From: an uncultured Candidatus Saccharibacteria bacterium
GTDB lineage: Bacteria; Patescibacteriota; Minisyncoccia; UBA6257; 2-01-FULL-56-20
Length of the DNA: 64,000 nucleotides
Direction of reading: 5' to 3'
Assembly: GCA_964361595.1 (NCBI GenBank)
Contig: CAYIAX010000004.1
Span: forward strand, 615 to 64,614
A program made the translations under genes and the position numbers. How positions within the stretch are numbered: position 1 is the stretch's first letter; each line of letters starts with the position of its first letter. Of this stretch, positions 38,536 to 50,639 are shown one piece after another. Under the pieces are notes generated by a model. It had not been told where the DNA came from, made no database searches, and saw nothing but the letters and a program-made list of their open reading frames with translations.

Positions 38536-39846
38536 TTAGGGCTTAGGAAAACTCGCGCTTAGAAGCGATTCCCGCGAAATTAAATATAAGCGGTTCGAGT
38601 CGGGATCGTACTTGGCTTTGCGGCCGCTTAAGTCAACCAAGTTTTCTTGAGCCAGATCATCGAGTTCCAAAAACACCGCCTTATCCTCATAGACGAGGAA
38701 TAGGTGATGGTCGTCTTTGTACCAATTGAGCGCCGTTATTTTATGGTTAGGCGGCAACTTAAATCGCCAGTAATCTTTTTCACCCCGGAAGGAGAAAACT
38801 TCAATACCCTTGCTTTCCAAGGCGGCGACCATGTCTCCGTTCTCATTAAAGCTGAAATCGAGAACGTCGCTGGCCAGTTTGGAGGTCGAGTTCGATTCGA
38901 CATTATAAAGATAGAACGAGCCATCGTCCTCCAGGATGCCGAGCGTGGAATTTTCCGCCCAAGCCAACTTTTTTGTTTTGCCGGGCAGAGTCTGGAGAGT
39001 GTCTGAACCTCGCTCGAGGAATTTGTCATAACGCATTAGCTTAGAAACTTTTGCTTTAGGGTCAAAAACAGTCCAAGCTACCCAGAAACGGGAAGCGTCG
39101 GCGGGGCCAAGGAGGAGCGTGGAGGTAGGCGTGAGCGCTTTCAAGGTATTTCTTTGGATGTCAAAAACCGCGAGGCTGCGATCGCGTTTTACGAGGACTT
39201 TGTTGTCCTGGAAAGGATCGACAAATAAATTAAAGTTTTCTTTGGGCAAAAGGAGCGAGAGCCTGCTCGAAAGATTGAGCCAAGTTACTTCGTCGAGGTT
39301 CACCCAAAACAATGTGTTTTTGGCGTCTTTCACGAGCAGGCGTCTTTCGTTGTTCGTAAAACCCAGCACATCCGCGCCGGGGATTTTCTGGCCGCGCCAG
39401 CTTAGTTCATTTTTGTTGTTGCGCGTAAGTATTTCCCCCTGGGCCAGCCAAAAGTCCGTAAGCGGGCCCTGCAAAACCAATTCTGTTTGCTGCGGCACAA
39501 GCACTGCATATTTCACTTCTGTAACCAAGGCCGGCAAAACTTCAACTTTCCGCTGCCACGGATGAAAGCCCGAAGCGGAGATCGAAAGTATATGGGTTTT
39601 TGGAAAAAGGTTATTGATCAGGGTTCCGGACTGGAAAAATCCGCTTTGCGTTTTTACCGGATTGTCATCAAGCGTCAAGGAAGTGTTTTCCGGGAAAGTG
39701 CGCACGTAAATTGCCCCCACTTTCTTGAAAACCACGGTTTTGAAATCGAAGCGCCAGCCTTTGGCAAAGAAAACTACGCCTGTGCCGAAAAGCAGGAAAA
39801 CCAAGATAAAAAAATAGAATATATATCTTCGCTGCCGTCTGGTCAT
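38536..39846 (-). CDS. PEGA-domain membrane-anchored protein with beta-propeller-like region
   Basis: TM, GWRFDF...GAIYVRTFP PEGA pattern. Confidence 0.75.
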   Translation of the reverse strand: MTRRQRRYIFYFFILVFLLFGTGVVFFAKGWRFDFKTVVFKKVGAIYVRTFPENTSLTLDDNPVKTQSGFFQSGTLINNLFPKTHILSISASGFHPWQRKVEVLPALVTEVKYAVLVPQQTELVLQGPLTDFWLAQGEILTRNNKNELSWRGQKIPGADVLGFTNNERRLLVKDAKNTLFWVNLDEVTWLNLSSRLSLLLPKENFNLFVDPFQDNKVLVKRDRSLAVFDIQRNTLKALTPTSTLLLGPADASRFWVAWTVFDPKAKVSKLMRYDKFLERGSDTLQTLPGKTKKLAWAENSTLGILEDDGSFYLYNVESNSTSKLASDVLDFSFNENGDMVAALESKGIEVFSFRGEKDYWRFKLPPNHKITALNWYKDDHHLFLVYEDKAVFLELDDLAQENLVDLSGRKAKYDPDSNRLYLISRESLLSASFPKP

Positions 39847-40129
39847 AGATGATTTTTTTGTAGTATAATTTAAGCGGTCCCGCGCTAGATTTCGGATCAA
39901 ATAATTTTGCAAGGGAGGACGATTGCTTCTCGCCCGAGGGCTTGAGCTCGAGTCCACCCACCTGGTTTATATTTCCGGGATTATCTAGGCGGGATCCTTA
40001 AGCCCCCGATGTCCAAAGTCGGGGCTTTTAAGTCTTTAGGTCATAAATATTTGTCGGGCTGCCGGGAATTGCCGCCCACGGCCGTGGGCGAGCCTCGCCC
40101 CGTCCGAGCGGGGCGGGAACCGCTTTTTG

Positions 40130-40200
40130 TCGGGCCGCCGGGAATCGAACCCGGGCTGCAAGACCCCCAGCCTCGCGTACTGCCATTATACTACGGCCCG
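40130..40200 (-). tRNA. tRNA-Pro (GGG)
   Basis: CGGGCCG/CGGCCCG acceptor, CGAGG-CTGGGGG-TCTTG anticodon arm, GGTTCGATTCC. Confidence 0.93.
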
Positions 40201-40245
40201 TTTTGTTACTAAGCATGCGATATGCGATAAGCCATACATCGCATG

Positions 40246-40431
40246 CTACTTTGCGCTTTTATGCAAAGTTCTTATGCAATTCGTGCAGATCAATTTGCGT
40301 ACGCCTTTAACCTTCGCCCACTGCAGGTTGGGATAATGACGCTTCCAGTTCACCGGATTGTACTTTCCGCGCAGCTTTTTGCGTTCGCCGCCCATGCGGG
40401 AACCTTTTTTACAGATGGCGCATTGACGCAT
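40246..40431 (-). CDS. rpmB: 50S ribosomal protein L28
   Basis: MRQCAICKK...PNLQ...ICTNCIR. Confidence 0.9.
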   Translation of the reverse strand: MRQCAICKKGSRMGGERKKLRGKYNPVNWKRHYPNLQWAKVKGVRKLICTNCIRTLHKSAK

Positions 40432-40520
40432 GTTTTTATAGCGATGCGAATGATTCAAATTACATCCGAATACCTCAAATTATTTGCGGTATTCGCATGC
40501 ATTCGCGGATTTGCATTGCG

Positions 40521-40994
40521 TTATTCCAGTTTGACCTTGAGTTTTTTCGTTTTTTTCCTGTTTAGCTTGGGCAAACGGACGGTGAGAATTCCGTTTTTGA
40601 ACGTAACCGAGGCGGCGTCCGGATCCACTTCTTGCGGCAAGATGATCGAGCGGGAGAACCTGCCCCAGTAACATTCCTGATAGAAATAATCCTCGTCGCT
40701 TACTTCTTCGCTTCGGCTGCGTTCGCCCCGGATGGTAACGGAGTCATTTGAAACATTGATGTCCAAATTTTCCGGTTTCACGCCGGCGACCGCCGATTCG
40801 ATCACGATATCGGAAGCCGTCTGGTAAACGTCAACTGTAAGCTGGCCTTCGGGTTCGTAGCTTTCCTCGATCGGCGCCACTTTTTTTGTCCGCAATGGCG
40901 CCATTGTGGCCTTGGTAAGCTCTATTTCCGGTTCGGGTTCCGCTTCCCCGTATTTGGCCAAACTTTCAAAAAATTTTTCTTCGGATGAGTCCAT
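40521..40994 (-). CDS. Hsp20/alpha-crystallin family protein
   Basis: VDVYQT, ECYWGRFSRSIILP, FKNGILTVRLPK. Confidence 0.93.
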   Translation of the reverse strand: MDSSEEKFFESLAKYGEAEPEPEIELTKATMAPLRTKKVAPIEESYEPEGQLTVDVYQTASDIVIESAVAGVKPENLDINVSNDSVTIRGERSRSEEVSDEDYFYQECYWGRFSRSIILPQEVDPDAASVTFKNGILTVRLPKLNRKKTKKLKVKLE

Positions 40995-40995
40995 G

Positions 40996-41697
40996 TTACA
41001 CGCTTTCCCGCTTCAGTTTTTCGAGGTCATTCAGGCTCACAAAGCCCAGGATGATGACGAAAAGAAGCGCATAAATTATCGTTCCGTATTGCAGTATAAG
41101 ATAATTGAAGAAAGCATGCAAGATGGTGGCCAGAAACACGCCTTTTATAAGCATAAACCTGCTTCCGAATTTGCGGATGGAAAGCGCCCAATAGTAACCG
41201 ACAAGGCCGGAGGTAAGCGTATGTAGAAGCGTTGCGCCCACGAAGCGGAAAGTGGCAGTTTCAAAAAGCGGGCCCATGAGCGCCGCCTCGCCGCCGCCTT
41301 TGCCCATTAAGGCGCCGATATTCTCGAGCGTGGCGAAACCCAAGGCGGCGACGATCGTATAGATCATAGCATCGACCGGTTCATCGAAAGCGGGGTTTTT
41401 GCGTACGGAAAAATAAGCGGCGGCAAACTTCACTAATTCTTCAATAAAAGAAAATAAGAGGAGTGCAAGCATGAATAAGAGCGGCGAGAGTTCGCGCGAA
41501 GTGAAAAGCGTGCGAAATTCGGGCCAGGGGACGGTGAGCGCCACTTGAAGAAGGTAAGCGACAAGCGCAGACAATGCGCCCATAACGAACGTGAAGGCGA
41601 TGAGGCGCCTCGGTTCGGGATGCAGGTCTTCCTGCAGGTAGAAAAAAAGCCAGGTGAAGCCTGGAAGTATGCCTAGAACAAGTGCCAAGACTGACAT
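40996..41697 (-). CDS. PrsW-family intramembrane protease
   Basis: EELVKF, GFATLEN, LH...LHAFFN. Confidence 0.9.
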   Translation of the reverse strand: MSVLALVLGILPGFTWLFFYLQEDLHPEPRRLIAFTFVMGALSALVAYLLQVALTVPWPEFRTLFTSRELSPLLFMLALLLFSFIEELVKFAAAYFSVRKNPAFDEPVDAMIYTIVAALGFATLENIGALMGKGGGEAALMGPLFETATFRFVGATLLHTLTSGLVGYYWALSIRKFGSRFMLIKGVFLATILHAFFNYLILQYGTIIYALLFVIILGFVSLNDLEKLKRESV

Positions 41698-41748
41698 GAT
41701 TTAGCTTAGAGGTTTTAGCTTATAGCTTTGAGTTCGCACATTTTTATT

Positions 41749-44568
41749 TTACCACAGCTCAATCATTAAGAGCGTCCCGGGCCGAAACTTTTGGTAAAGG
41801 GTTTCTGTTATAAAGGGCATAAAAGGGTGAAGAAGCTTTAAGGAGGTGAGTAAGCAGGTTTCGAGCGTGGCATACGCTCGCCGGGCGTCATTCAAGTTCT
41901 CGCCCTGGAGACGCGATTTTGCGGTTTCCACATGCTTATCCGCGAGCGCGTGCCAGATGTAGTGATAAAGCAGTTCAGCTGACCGGTGGTATTCGAATTT
42001 TTCGAGATGCGCCGTGACTTTTTTCTTTATGCCCGCCAGTTCAGCCGCAGTTTTCTTGTCCCAAGCCGTAGGAGCGGCAAGCGCGCCGTCTTTGGGCTTC
42101 CGCATATCGAGAAATCGCGAGATATTCCAGATTTTGGTCGCAAAATTGCGGTAAGCGCGGATTTTGTCTTCCGAGATCACGATATCGTTGCCGGGAGTAT
42201 TCCCGACCACAAGCGCCATCCGCAAAGCATCTGTGCCGTAAGTTTCCGCCACGCCCAGGGGATCGATTACGTTGCCCTTGGATTTGGACATTTTCTGCCT
42301 GTCCTTGTCGCGGACCAAGCCATGGAGGTAGACGGTTTTAAACGGAACTTTACCGGTGCGGTAAATTCCCAGCATCACCATGCGCGTCACCCAGAAGAAA
42401 AGAATGTCATAAGCGGTTTCCATGATATCGGTCGGGTAAAATTCCTCAAAATCGGATTTTGATTTAAGGAGGGTAGCGAACGGCCATTGGCCGGAGGAAA
42501 ACCAGGTGTCGAAAACGTCGGGGTCCTGTTCGTAGATGTGGTTGCCGCATTTTTCGCACGGTTCAAGGATATCAAATTGAATTGCCTGGGCGTTTTTTAT
42601 GCTTTCTCTCGTAAGCGCCCGCTCGGCAGTCAGGCCCCTTATCTGTTTCATGAGCATTCTGATGGTGCCGCCGTGGCTGACAACGATGACGTTTTTATGT
42701 TTATGGATTTTTTGATGTTTTTGGAAGGCCGCCCAGGCGCGTTTTTCCACTTCTTTGTAGCTTTCACCTCCGTAATCGTTGACCTCGTAGTCATATAAAC
42801 GTTTTCCGTATTTTTCTATGGCTTCGTTGCGCGCCACCCCTTCGGCGTCTCCCATGGAACGTTCGTGCAGTTCTTCTTCTATAATTATTTCTTTATCCCC
42901 CAGTGTTTTTGAAATAATTTCCGCAGTTTCTCTGGCTCTTTTCTGATTTGAACTGATAATAAGGTCTATCGGCGTATTCTTGAGCGCCTCGGCGGTTTTT
43001 TCGGCCTGAGCTTTTCCCGCGTCGTTTAGCGGATCGTCTCCGAGTCCTTGCAGTATGCTGTTTTTATTGGCGTCTGTTTCCCCGTGCCGTACCAGAAACC
43101 AGCTCGATTTTATTTCCGGATTTATTTTTACGTCGCCGCAGCCGAGGCAGAACCAGGCGGGGATTCGTATGCCCCAGACGATTTGGCGCGAAACGTTCCA
43201 GTCGCGGATATTCTTTAACCAATGGAGATACACTTTCTCCATCCTTTTGGGAATAAATTTAATTTTTCCGGATGTTACGGCCTCAATCCCCAAATCCCGC
43301 AGCGATTTTTCGGAAGCAGTTTTTTTCTGCGTTTGTCCGCGCTCGCCCCGAGTTGCATCGAGGGGTGAAGTCCGCGTAAGTCCGCGGGATGTCGGCGTAG
43401 CCGACATCCGGACGAACCACTGCATGCGGGGTAAGGGTTCAAGCGTCGAACCGCACTTGTAGCAAGTCGCAATTTGGTGGACGTAAGCCGGGTCAACTTT
43501 CTCTAAAATCCCTTTTTCCTGCATGGCGGCGGCAACTTTTTCCCTCGCCTCCGCCACCTTGAGGCCGTGAAAAGGCCCGGTTTCGCCCGTAAGCCGTCCG
43601 TTTTCGTTTATTATTATTTTCGGACCAGGTATTTCGTCCTTATGCCTCTGCCAGATCTCAAAGTCGGTCGCATCGTGCGCAGGCGTAACCTTAACCACGC
43701 CCGTGCCGAAGGCGGGATCAACGGCCTCGTCCGCAATGACTTTGAATTTAAGCGGGCCCAAAATGCCTTCCGCCTCGATTTCCTTGCCGATGTATTTCTT
43801 GTAGCGTTTGTCCCCAGGATTAACCGCGAGCGCTGTATCGCCGAACTTGGTCTCGGGCCGCACGGTTGCCAAGGTAAGCGGCCCGTACCTGATGTAATAA
43901 AGCGGATCGGTGCGTTCGACGTACTTTATCTCAAGATCGGAAAGTGCGGTCTTGTGCTTGGGGCACCAATTGACGACGCGGAAATCACGGTAGGCGAGAC
44001 CGTCTTTATAGAGTTGGGCAAAAGTTTCGTAAACTATTTTTACGATCTCGGGATCAAGCGTGAATTTTTCGCGTGACCAGTCGCAGGAGGCGCCCAGTTT
44101 GCGCAACTGGCCCTCCATGATTTTTTTATTCTCCTGCGTGAAGTCCCAAATCGCTTTGTAAACTTCTTCCCGGTCCATTCGAAATCGGCTTTTTCCTTCT
44201 TTCTCTAATTTCTTATCGAAAACCACCTGTGTTTCAAATCCCGCATGGTCGGCGCCGGGCAGCCACAGCGCCTTCTGGCCGCGCATGCGCGCAAAGCGGA
44301 TCATGATGTCCTGGAGCGTTACGAACACCGCGTGCCCCACATGCAAGGAGCCGTTCGCGTTCGGCGGCGGCATGATAATCGAAAACGCGGACTTACGCTG
44401 ACTTGACGCTGACTGTCGCTGACTTTTTCCGCGTTTGTCTGCGTGCCGTCCGCGTGAGTCTGCGCTGATCGGCGGTAGCCGATCAGGGTTGAAATATCCG
44501 GATTCCTCCCACTGCTTATAAATCGAATCTTCAATCTCTTTGTGGTCGTAGCGGGGGTCGAGTTCCAT
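41749..44568 (-). CDS. valS: Valyl-tRNA synthetase with inserted histidine-phosphatase domain
   Basis: PPPNANGSLHVGH, DVFDTWFSS, KMSKS; RHG...SHGG insert. Confidence 0.95.
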   Translation of the reverse strand: MELDPRYDHKEIEDSIYKQWEESGYFNPDRLPPISADSRGRHADKRGKSQRQSASSQRKSAFSIIMPPPNANGSLHVGHAVFVTLQDIMIRFARMRGQKALWLPGADHAGFETQVVFDKKLEKEGKSRFRMDREEVYKAIWDFTQENKKIMEGQLRKLGASCDWSREKFTLDPEIVKIVYETFAQLYKDGLAYRDFRVVNWCPKHKTALSDLEIKYVERTDPLYYIRYGPLTLATVRPETKFGDTALAVNPGDKRYKKYIGKEIEAEGILGPLKFKVIADEAVDPAFGTGVVKVTPAHDATDFEIWQRHKDEIPGPKIIINENGRLTGETGPFHGLKVAEAREKVAAAMQEKGILEKVDPAYVHQIATCYKCGSTLEPLPRMQWFVRMSATPTSRGLTRTSPLDATRGERGQTQKKTASEKSLRDLGIEAVTSGKIKFIPKRMEKVYLHWLKNIRDWNVSRQIVWGIRIPAWFCLGCGDVKINPEIKSSWFLVRHGETDANKNSILQGLGDDPLNDAGKAQAEKTAEALKNTPIDLIISSNQKRARETAEIISKTLGDKEIIIEEELHERSMGDAEGVARNEAIEKYGKRLYDYEVNDYGGESYKEVEKRAWAAFQKHQKIHKHKNVIVVSHGGTIRMLMKQIRGLTAERALTRESIKNAQAIQFDILEPCEKCGNHIYEQDPDVFDTWFSSGQWPFATLLKSKSDFEEFYPTDIMETAYDILFFWVTRMVMLGIYRTGKVPFKTVYLHGLVRDKDRQKMSKSKGNVIDPLGVAETYGTDALRMALVVGNTPGNDIVISEDKIRAYRNFATKIWNISRFLDMRKPKDGALAAPTAWDKKTAAELAGIKKKVTAHLEKFEYHRSAELLYHYIWHALADKHVETAKSRLQGENLNDARRAYATLETCLLTSLKLLHPFMPFITETLYQKFRPGTLLMIELW

Positions 44569-44667
44569 AATGTAAGGATTTTAACGCGAAGGCGAGATTT
44601 TTGGAAGATTTTCCGGAATGAAAAAGCTCTCAAATGTGCCGAGAGCTTCCGTGGATGAATGCTATTT

Positions 44668-44889
44668 TTACCAACGCCAGCAGCCGCGGCCGGATTTCTG
44701 CCGGGACCGAGCCCGCTGTTCCTTGGCCGATAGCCGGTTCTTGCCGAAGCGGGGTTGGTAACCGTTGCCGTTGGACGTGGTTTGAGTTTCTTCTGTATTT
44801 CCTCCGTTGCTGGAGGAGAATTGACGGGTCAGGGGCCTGCCGTACTTGGCATGCATGAGCCCGCCGTTAGGCGTACTGGCGTGCGCCAT
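44668..44889 (-). CDS. Small hypothetical protein
   Basis: 73-aa ORF with GAAGGAG SD. Confidence 0.45.
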   Translation of the reverse strand: MAHASTPNGGLMHAKYGRPLTRQFSSSNGGNTEETQTTSNGNGYQPRFGKNRLSAKEQRARSRQKSGRGCWRW

Positions 44890-44955
44890 ACCGGAAACTC
44901 CTTCCCTACAAATTCAAGTTCTAATTATTAATTTAAGCTAGATTTCGTCTGAAAA

Positions 44956-46062
44956 TCAAATGTTCAGATCTCCCCGGGCTTCAAGTCTTAATTTCTTCTT
45001 GCGCAGGCGAGCTTGCCCGTCCGAAGCTCTTGAGCGAAGGAGGGTCATGTACCCCGCGGCGGCAATCATCACGGCGTTGTCGGTGTTGTATTGCATATCT
45101 GCTACAAAAAAGCGAATCCCCATTTTCCGTGTCGCTTTTTCCAGTTCGCTTCGCAAGAGTTTATTGGCCGCTACGCCGCCGGAGAGCATGATGGATTTGG
45201 CTTTGAAGATTTCTGTTGCGCGTATCGTTTTATAAACAAGCACATTGATCACCGCTTTTTCAAATGATGCGGCAACATCGGCTTTGTCGGCTTTTGGGTT
45301 GTCGCGGAGATAATACAGGACGGAAGTCTTGAGTCCCGAAAAACTGAAATCATAATTCTTTTGATCGCGCATGGGACGCGGGAAGGGAATGGCATTGGGA
45401 TCGCCCTTCGCGGCAAGGCGCTGGATTTCCGGCCCGCCGGGGTAGGGGAGGCGAAGCAAGCGCGCCACCTTATCGAAGGCTTCACCGGCGGCATCGTCGC
45501 GCGTTTCGCCGAGCTTTTGCCAGGATTTAAGATTTTTCATCAAAAGCAAAATCGTGTGCCCGCCGCTCACCAGCAGTGAAACTGCTGGGAATATCGAAGC
45601 ACGAAACCCGAAATCCGAAACGCGCTTCGAGCTTTCTTTTTTCTTCGGCAGAAGAAAAGAGAAGAGATGTCCTTCGAGATGATTTACTCCCACGAGCGGG
45701 GGCTTATGGCTTATGGCGAATGGCATATCGTAAAGCTCTTTTGCAAAACTGATGCCAGTCCACAGCGCCGGTTCCAAACCAGGGCCCACTGTGACGGAGA
45801 CCAAATCAACTTTTTTCCATAAGCTATATGCTCTTTGTCCTTTGCCAAAAATTTGCCGAAAAAGGATCGGCAAATTTTTTACGTGCTCGCGCTTGGCCAG
45901 ATTGGGAACCACGCCGCCGAAGGGGCGGTGGATGTTTATCTGCGAGGAAACCAGGTTTGTGAGCACCTTAAATTTCGGCAGCCCATTTGGGGAGCCTGCG
46001 CTAGCCTCAACCATGGCAAGCGCTGTCTCATCGCAACTTGTTTCAATGCCAAGTATAAACAT
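44956..46062 (-). CDS. tsaD: tRNA t6A biosynthesis protein TsaD
   Basis: LGIETSCDET, HLEGH, GETRDDAAGEAFDK, TDNAVMIA. Confidence 0.96.
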   Translation of the reverse strand: MFILGIETSCDETALAMVEASAGSPNGLPKFKVLTNLVSSQINIHRPFGGVVPNLAKREHVKNLPILFRQIFGKGQRAYSLWKKVDLVSVTVGPGLEPALWTGISFAKELYDMPFAISHKPPLVGVNHLEGHLFSFLLPKKKESSKRVSDFGFRASIFPAVSLLVSGGHTILLLMKNLKSWQKLGETRDDAAGEAFDKVARLLRLPYPGGPEIQRLAAKGDPNAIPFPRPMRDQKNYDFSFSGLKTSVLYYLRDNPKADKADVAASFEKAVINVLVYKTIRATEIFKAKSIMLSGGVAANKLLRSELEKATRKMGIRFFVADMQYNTDNAVMIAAAGYMTLLRSRASDGQARLRKKKLRLEARGDLNI

Positions 46063-46166
46063 AAGCTTTGAATTTAGAGCGGCCCGCCCCTTCGCCAAGC
46101 GGGCGCTTTATTCCCCCCGCCGGGGGATGACCTTGGTGATACAGTAATAATTTTCGGCTGAAATTT

Positions 46167-46418
46167 TTAACCTGCCGGCGCTTCGTCAACAAGCAGTCTT
46201 GCGGTATTTGATCGCACTTCGAGAAATCCCGAACCCATAGGGATATAATGTTCTTGATTCTCACTATCAACGATTTTCACAATTCCCTTGGTTAGGGCGG
46301 AAATCAGCGGCCGATGGTGATCAAGGACCGTAATTTCGCCCAAGCGGGTTTTGCAGTTTACTGACTTGGCCTCGCCCTCGTAGAGGACATTTTTTAAGGA
46401 ATAAACGCTTACGTGCAT
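46167..46418 (-). CDS. atpC: ATP synthase epsilon subunit (N-terminal domain only)
   Basis: GEITVLDHHRPLIS, GFLEV; last gene of atp operon. Confidence 0.85.
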   Translation of the reverse strand: MHVSVYSLKNVLYEGEAKSVNCKTRLGEITVLDHHRPLISALTKGIVKIVDSENQEHYIPMGSGFLEVRSNTARLLVDEAPAG

Positions 46419-46439
46419 AAAGATACAAATATACTAATT

Positions 46440-47888
<1,449 letters not shown>

Positions 47889-47957
47889 TTATACAAATGT
47901 GAGAGCGGATTAGTATTTATTCGTATCATTAGTACAATTTGTATATTGGCATCATTT

Positions 47958-48896
47958 TTACTTCAACGACTCAGCTCCGGCGGTGATTTCGATGATTTCT
48001 TTCGTGATCGCGGCCTGGCGAGCTTTGTTATAAACGAGCGTGAGCTCCGACCTAAGCTCATTCGCGTTATCGGATGCGTTTTTCATGGCCACGCGGCGGG
48101 CGGCGTGCTCGGACGCGTTCGCCTCGAGCACCAAATGGTAAATTTCCATGAGTGTGAGGTGGGCGGCGAGTTCGTCGAGGATCTCCTGCGGCGAAGGTTC
48201 GATCAGATAATCTTCGTTGCCTGTTTGCGCCTCCGGTTGGTCAAGTTGCTTGAAATTGGCGAAGCGTCCGGTTTTAGGAACAAGTTCGCGGAGAGTATTT
48301 AAGAGCGCTTCGGCGCTCGCGGGCAAGAGCTCGCGAAAAACCATGTCTTGCCGGAGCGCGCTTTCAAAGCGCATTGAGAAGACGAGGACGCGGTCCCAGT
48401 CGCCCCGGAGAAATCCTTCCGTCAAAAATTTGGCCAGAGGTTCGATTTCCGCGATTGTGGTGTAATCGCCGAAGCGGGTAAATGCGCGTTTAAAGTTCGG
48501 CGTCCGGCGTTCGAGATAGGCGGCGGCTTTTTGGCCGACGGCGATGTACGCGTAAGCGGGATCGGCAAAATCTATTTTCTCCGCCCGGATGAATTTTTCC
48601 ACTGCGCGGATTACAGCGCTGTTGAACGAACCGGCCAGCCCCTTGTCTGAAGTGACGACCACAATCGCCGTGGTTTTAACGCCGCGTTTTTCGAGAAGCT
48701 TAGGCAGGTGCGCGGTTTCGAGACGCGTAAGCCGCGCGAGAAAATCCAGCGCCGAAAAAGCGTAAGGCCGCGAAGCCAAAGCGATCTCCTGGCTCTTTCG
48801 CATCTTGGTTGCCGCCACGAGCTCCATGGCTCGCGTGATCTGGTTTATGTTTGTCACCCCTTTGAGGCGGCGTTTAAGGTTTTGCAAAGACTCCAT
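47958..48896 (-). CDS. atpG: ATP synthase gamma subunit
   Basis: ITRAMELVAATK, SDKGLAG, NKARQAAITKEI. Confidence 0.97.
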   Translation of the reverse strand: MESLQNLKRRLKGVTNINQITRAMELVAATKMRKSQEIALASRPYAFSALDFLARLTRLETAHLPKLLEKRGVKTTAIVVVTSDKGLAGSFNSAVIRAVEKFIRAEKIDFADPAYAYIAVGQKAAAYLERRTPNFKRAFTRFGDYTTIAEIEPLAKFLTEGFLRGDWDRVLVFSMRFESALRQDMVFRELLPASAEALLNTLRELVPKTGRFANFKQLDQPEAQTGNEDYLIEPSPQEILDELAAHLTLMEIYHLVLEANASEHAARRVAMKNASDNANELRSELTLVYNKARQAAITKEIIEITAGAESLK

Positions 48897-49020
48897 CCCT
48901 CACCCTTAGAGAATTTGCGCAGAGCGCAAACTCTCGATATGTTTTGAGCTAAAGACCTTTATCTCCAAATAAGTTCTTGTGAAAATGTGTTTCATGAAAT
49001 GATTCTCTAAGGGTGAGGGA
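48897..49020 (-). repeat. 124-nt hairpin/mini-ORF element, family B copy 1 (uORF 48995-48906)
   Basis: Sense: TAA-TCCCTCACCCTTAGAGAAT...ATTCTCTAAGGGTGAGGG-ATG. Confidence 0.9.
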
Positions 49021-50550
49021 TTAAGAGTTGGCGATCAGGAATTTCTCGATCGCGGCTTTGAGCTTCGCTTCAGTCTCCTCGATCAAGTTTCCGGTTTCGC
49101 GAATCGGCTTCAGGATGTCTTCGTCGTGCAGTTTGGCGATGTACTCAAGGAAAAGCCCTTCCATTTTTTTCGCTTGCTCGATTTCAAAACGGTCGAAATG
49201 GCCGTTCAAGACCGCGTAGAAAATCGCCACCTGCTTTTCGCAAGCCAAGGGCGCCTGGTCGTCCTGCTTTAAAATTTCGGTGATGATTTGTCCCTGGCGG
49301 ATGCGTTTTTTCGTGGCTGCGTCCACGTCCGAGGCGAATTGTACGAAAGCCTGGAGTTCGCGGAACTGCGCCAAGGCGTAGCGCAAACCGCCGGCGACTT
49401 TCTTCATCGCTTTGGTTTGAGCTGCGGAGCCCACGCGCGAGACCGAGAGTCCAACGTTTACGGCCGGCCGGATGCCTTGGTAGAAAAGATCGCTTTCCAA
49501 ATAAATCTGGCCGTCGGTAATCGAAATTATGTTCGTCGGAATGTAAGCGGTAATGTCGCCGAGTTGCGTTTCGACAAGGGGGAGTGCCGTCAAGGATCCC
49601 CCGCCTTTCTCTTTTGATAGTTTGGCGGCGCGCTCTAGCAAGCGGGAGTGGAGGTAAAAAATATCGCCGGGGTAAGCTTCGCGGCCGGGCGGGCGGCGGA
49701 GCAAGAGCGAGATCTGCCGGTAAGCCCAGGCATGTTTTGAAAGGTCGTCGTAAACAACAAGCGCGTCTTCGCCGCGGTCGCGGAAATATTCGCCTACGGC
49801 GCAGCCGGCAAAGGGTGCCAGATACCACAAGGCGGCGGGCGACGAAGCCGAAGCGGAAACTACAATAGTATATTTCAAGGCGTCATATTGCTTGAGGGTT
49901 TCCACAATGCGGGCAACTTTCGCTTCTTTCTGTCCTACGGCTACATATATACAGATAGGCGTTTTGCGGCCGGTATCAGAGCCCTGGTTAATTATCGTAT
50001 CGAGCGCCACGGCGGTTTTGCCGGTCTGGCGATCGCCAATGATAAGTTCGCGCTGGCCGCGGCCGATCGGGATCATTGAATCTATGCTCTTTAATCCGGT
50101 ATGGAGCGGCGTGTTCACACCTTCGCGTTCCAAAACGGATGGCGCGCGATTTTCCAAAGGGTAGCGTGTTTGTTCTTGGTTTTTAAAAATTGGGCCCTTG
50201 CCGTCCAGGGGATTGCCCAGGGGATCGATCACGCGGCCAACCATTTCTTTGCCGACCTGGAGCGAAAGCACTTGGCCGGTGCCCTTAACGGTATCTCCGC
50301 TTTTTATTTCCAAATAATCATCGAGCACCAAAGCGCCGATTGTTTCTTCTTCGAGGTTTAAAGCCACGGCGCGGCGCGGACCCGCATGAGTTTCGATCGT
50401 GAGGAGCTCCTGGCTCGCCGCTTGCTTCAAACCGGTCAATTTTACAATGCCGTCGCCGACTTCAATTATGCGGCCCACGGCTTCCCAGTCGGTCTTATCC
50501 TTATAATCGGCAATTTCACGCTTAAGTTTTTCGATGATTTCGTAAGACAT
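49021..50550 (-). CDS. atpA: ATP synthase alpha subunit
   Basis: [18 protein letters not shown]. Confidence 0.98.
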   Translation of the reverse strand: MSYEIIEKLKREIADYKDKTDWEAVGRIIEVGDGIVKLTGLKQAASQELLTIETHAGPRRAVALNLEEETIGALVLDDYLEIKSGDTVKGTGQVLSLQVGKEMVGRVIDPLGNPLDGKGPIFKNQEQTRYPLENRAPSVLEREGVNTPLHTGLKSIDSMIPIGRGQRELIIGDRQTGKTAVALDTIINQGSDTGRKTPICIYVAVGQKEAKVARIVETLKQYDALKYTIVVSASASSPAALWYLAPFAGCAVGEYFRDRGEDALVVYDDLSKHAWAYRQISLLLRRPPGREAYPGDIFYLHSRLLERAAKLSKEKGGGSLTALPLVETQLGDITAYIPTNIISITDGQIYLESDLFYQGIRPAVNVGLSVSRVGSAAQTKAMKKVAGGLRYALAQFRELQAFVQFASDVDAATKKRIRQGQIITEILKQDDQAPLACEKQVAIFYAVLNGHFDRFEIEQAKKMEGLFLEYIAKLHDEDILKPIRETGNLIEETEAKLKAAIEKFLIANS

Positions 50551-50639
50551 TGGTTAGAATTTAGAACCTAGCCGCCTTGGCGCCCGCTCCGACTCGGAGA
50601 CGAGGCGAGAGCCTCGCCCCGTTGCGACGGGGCGGGAGC

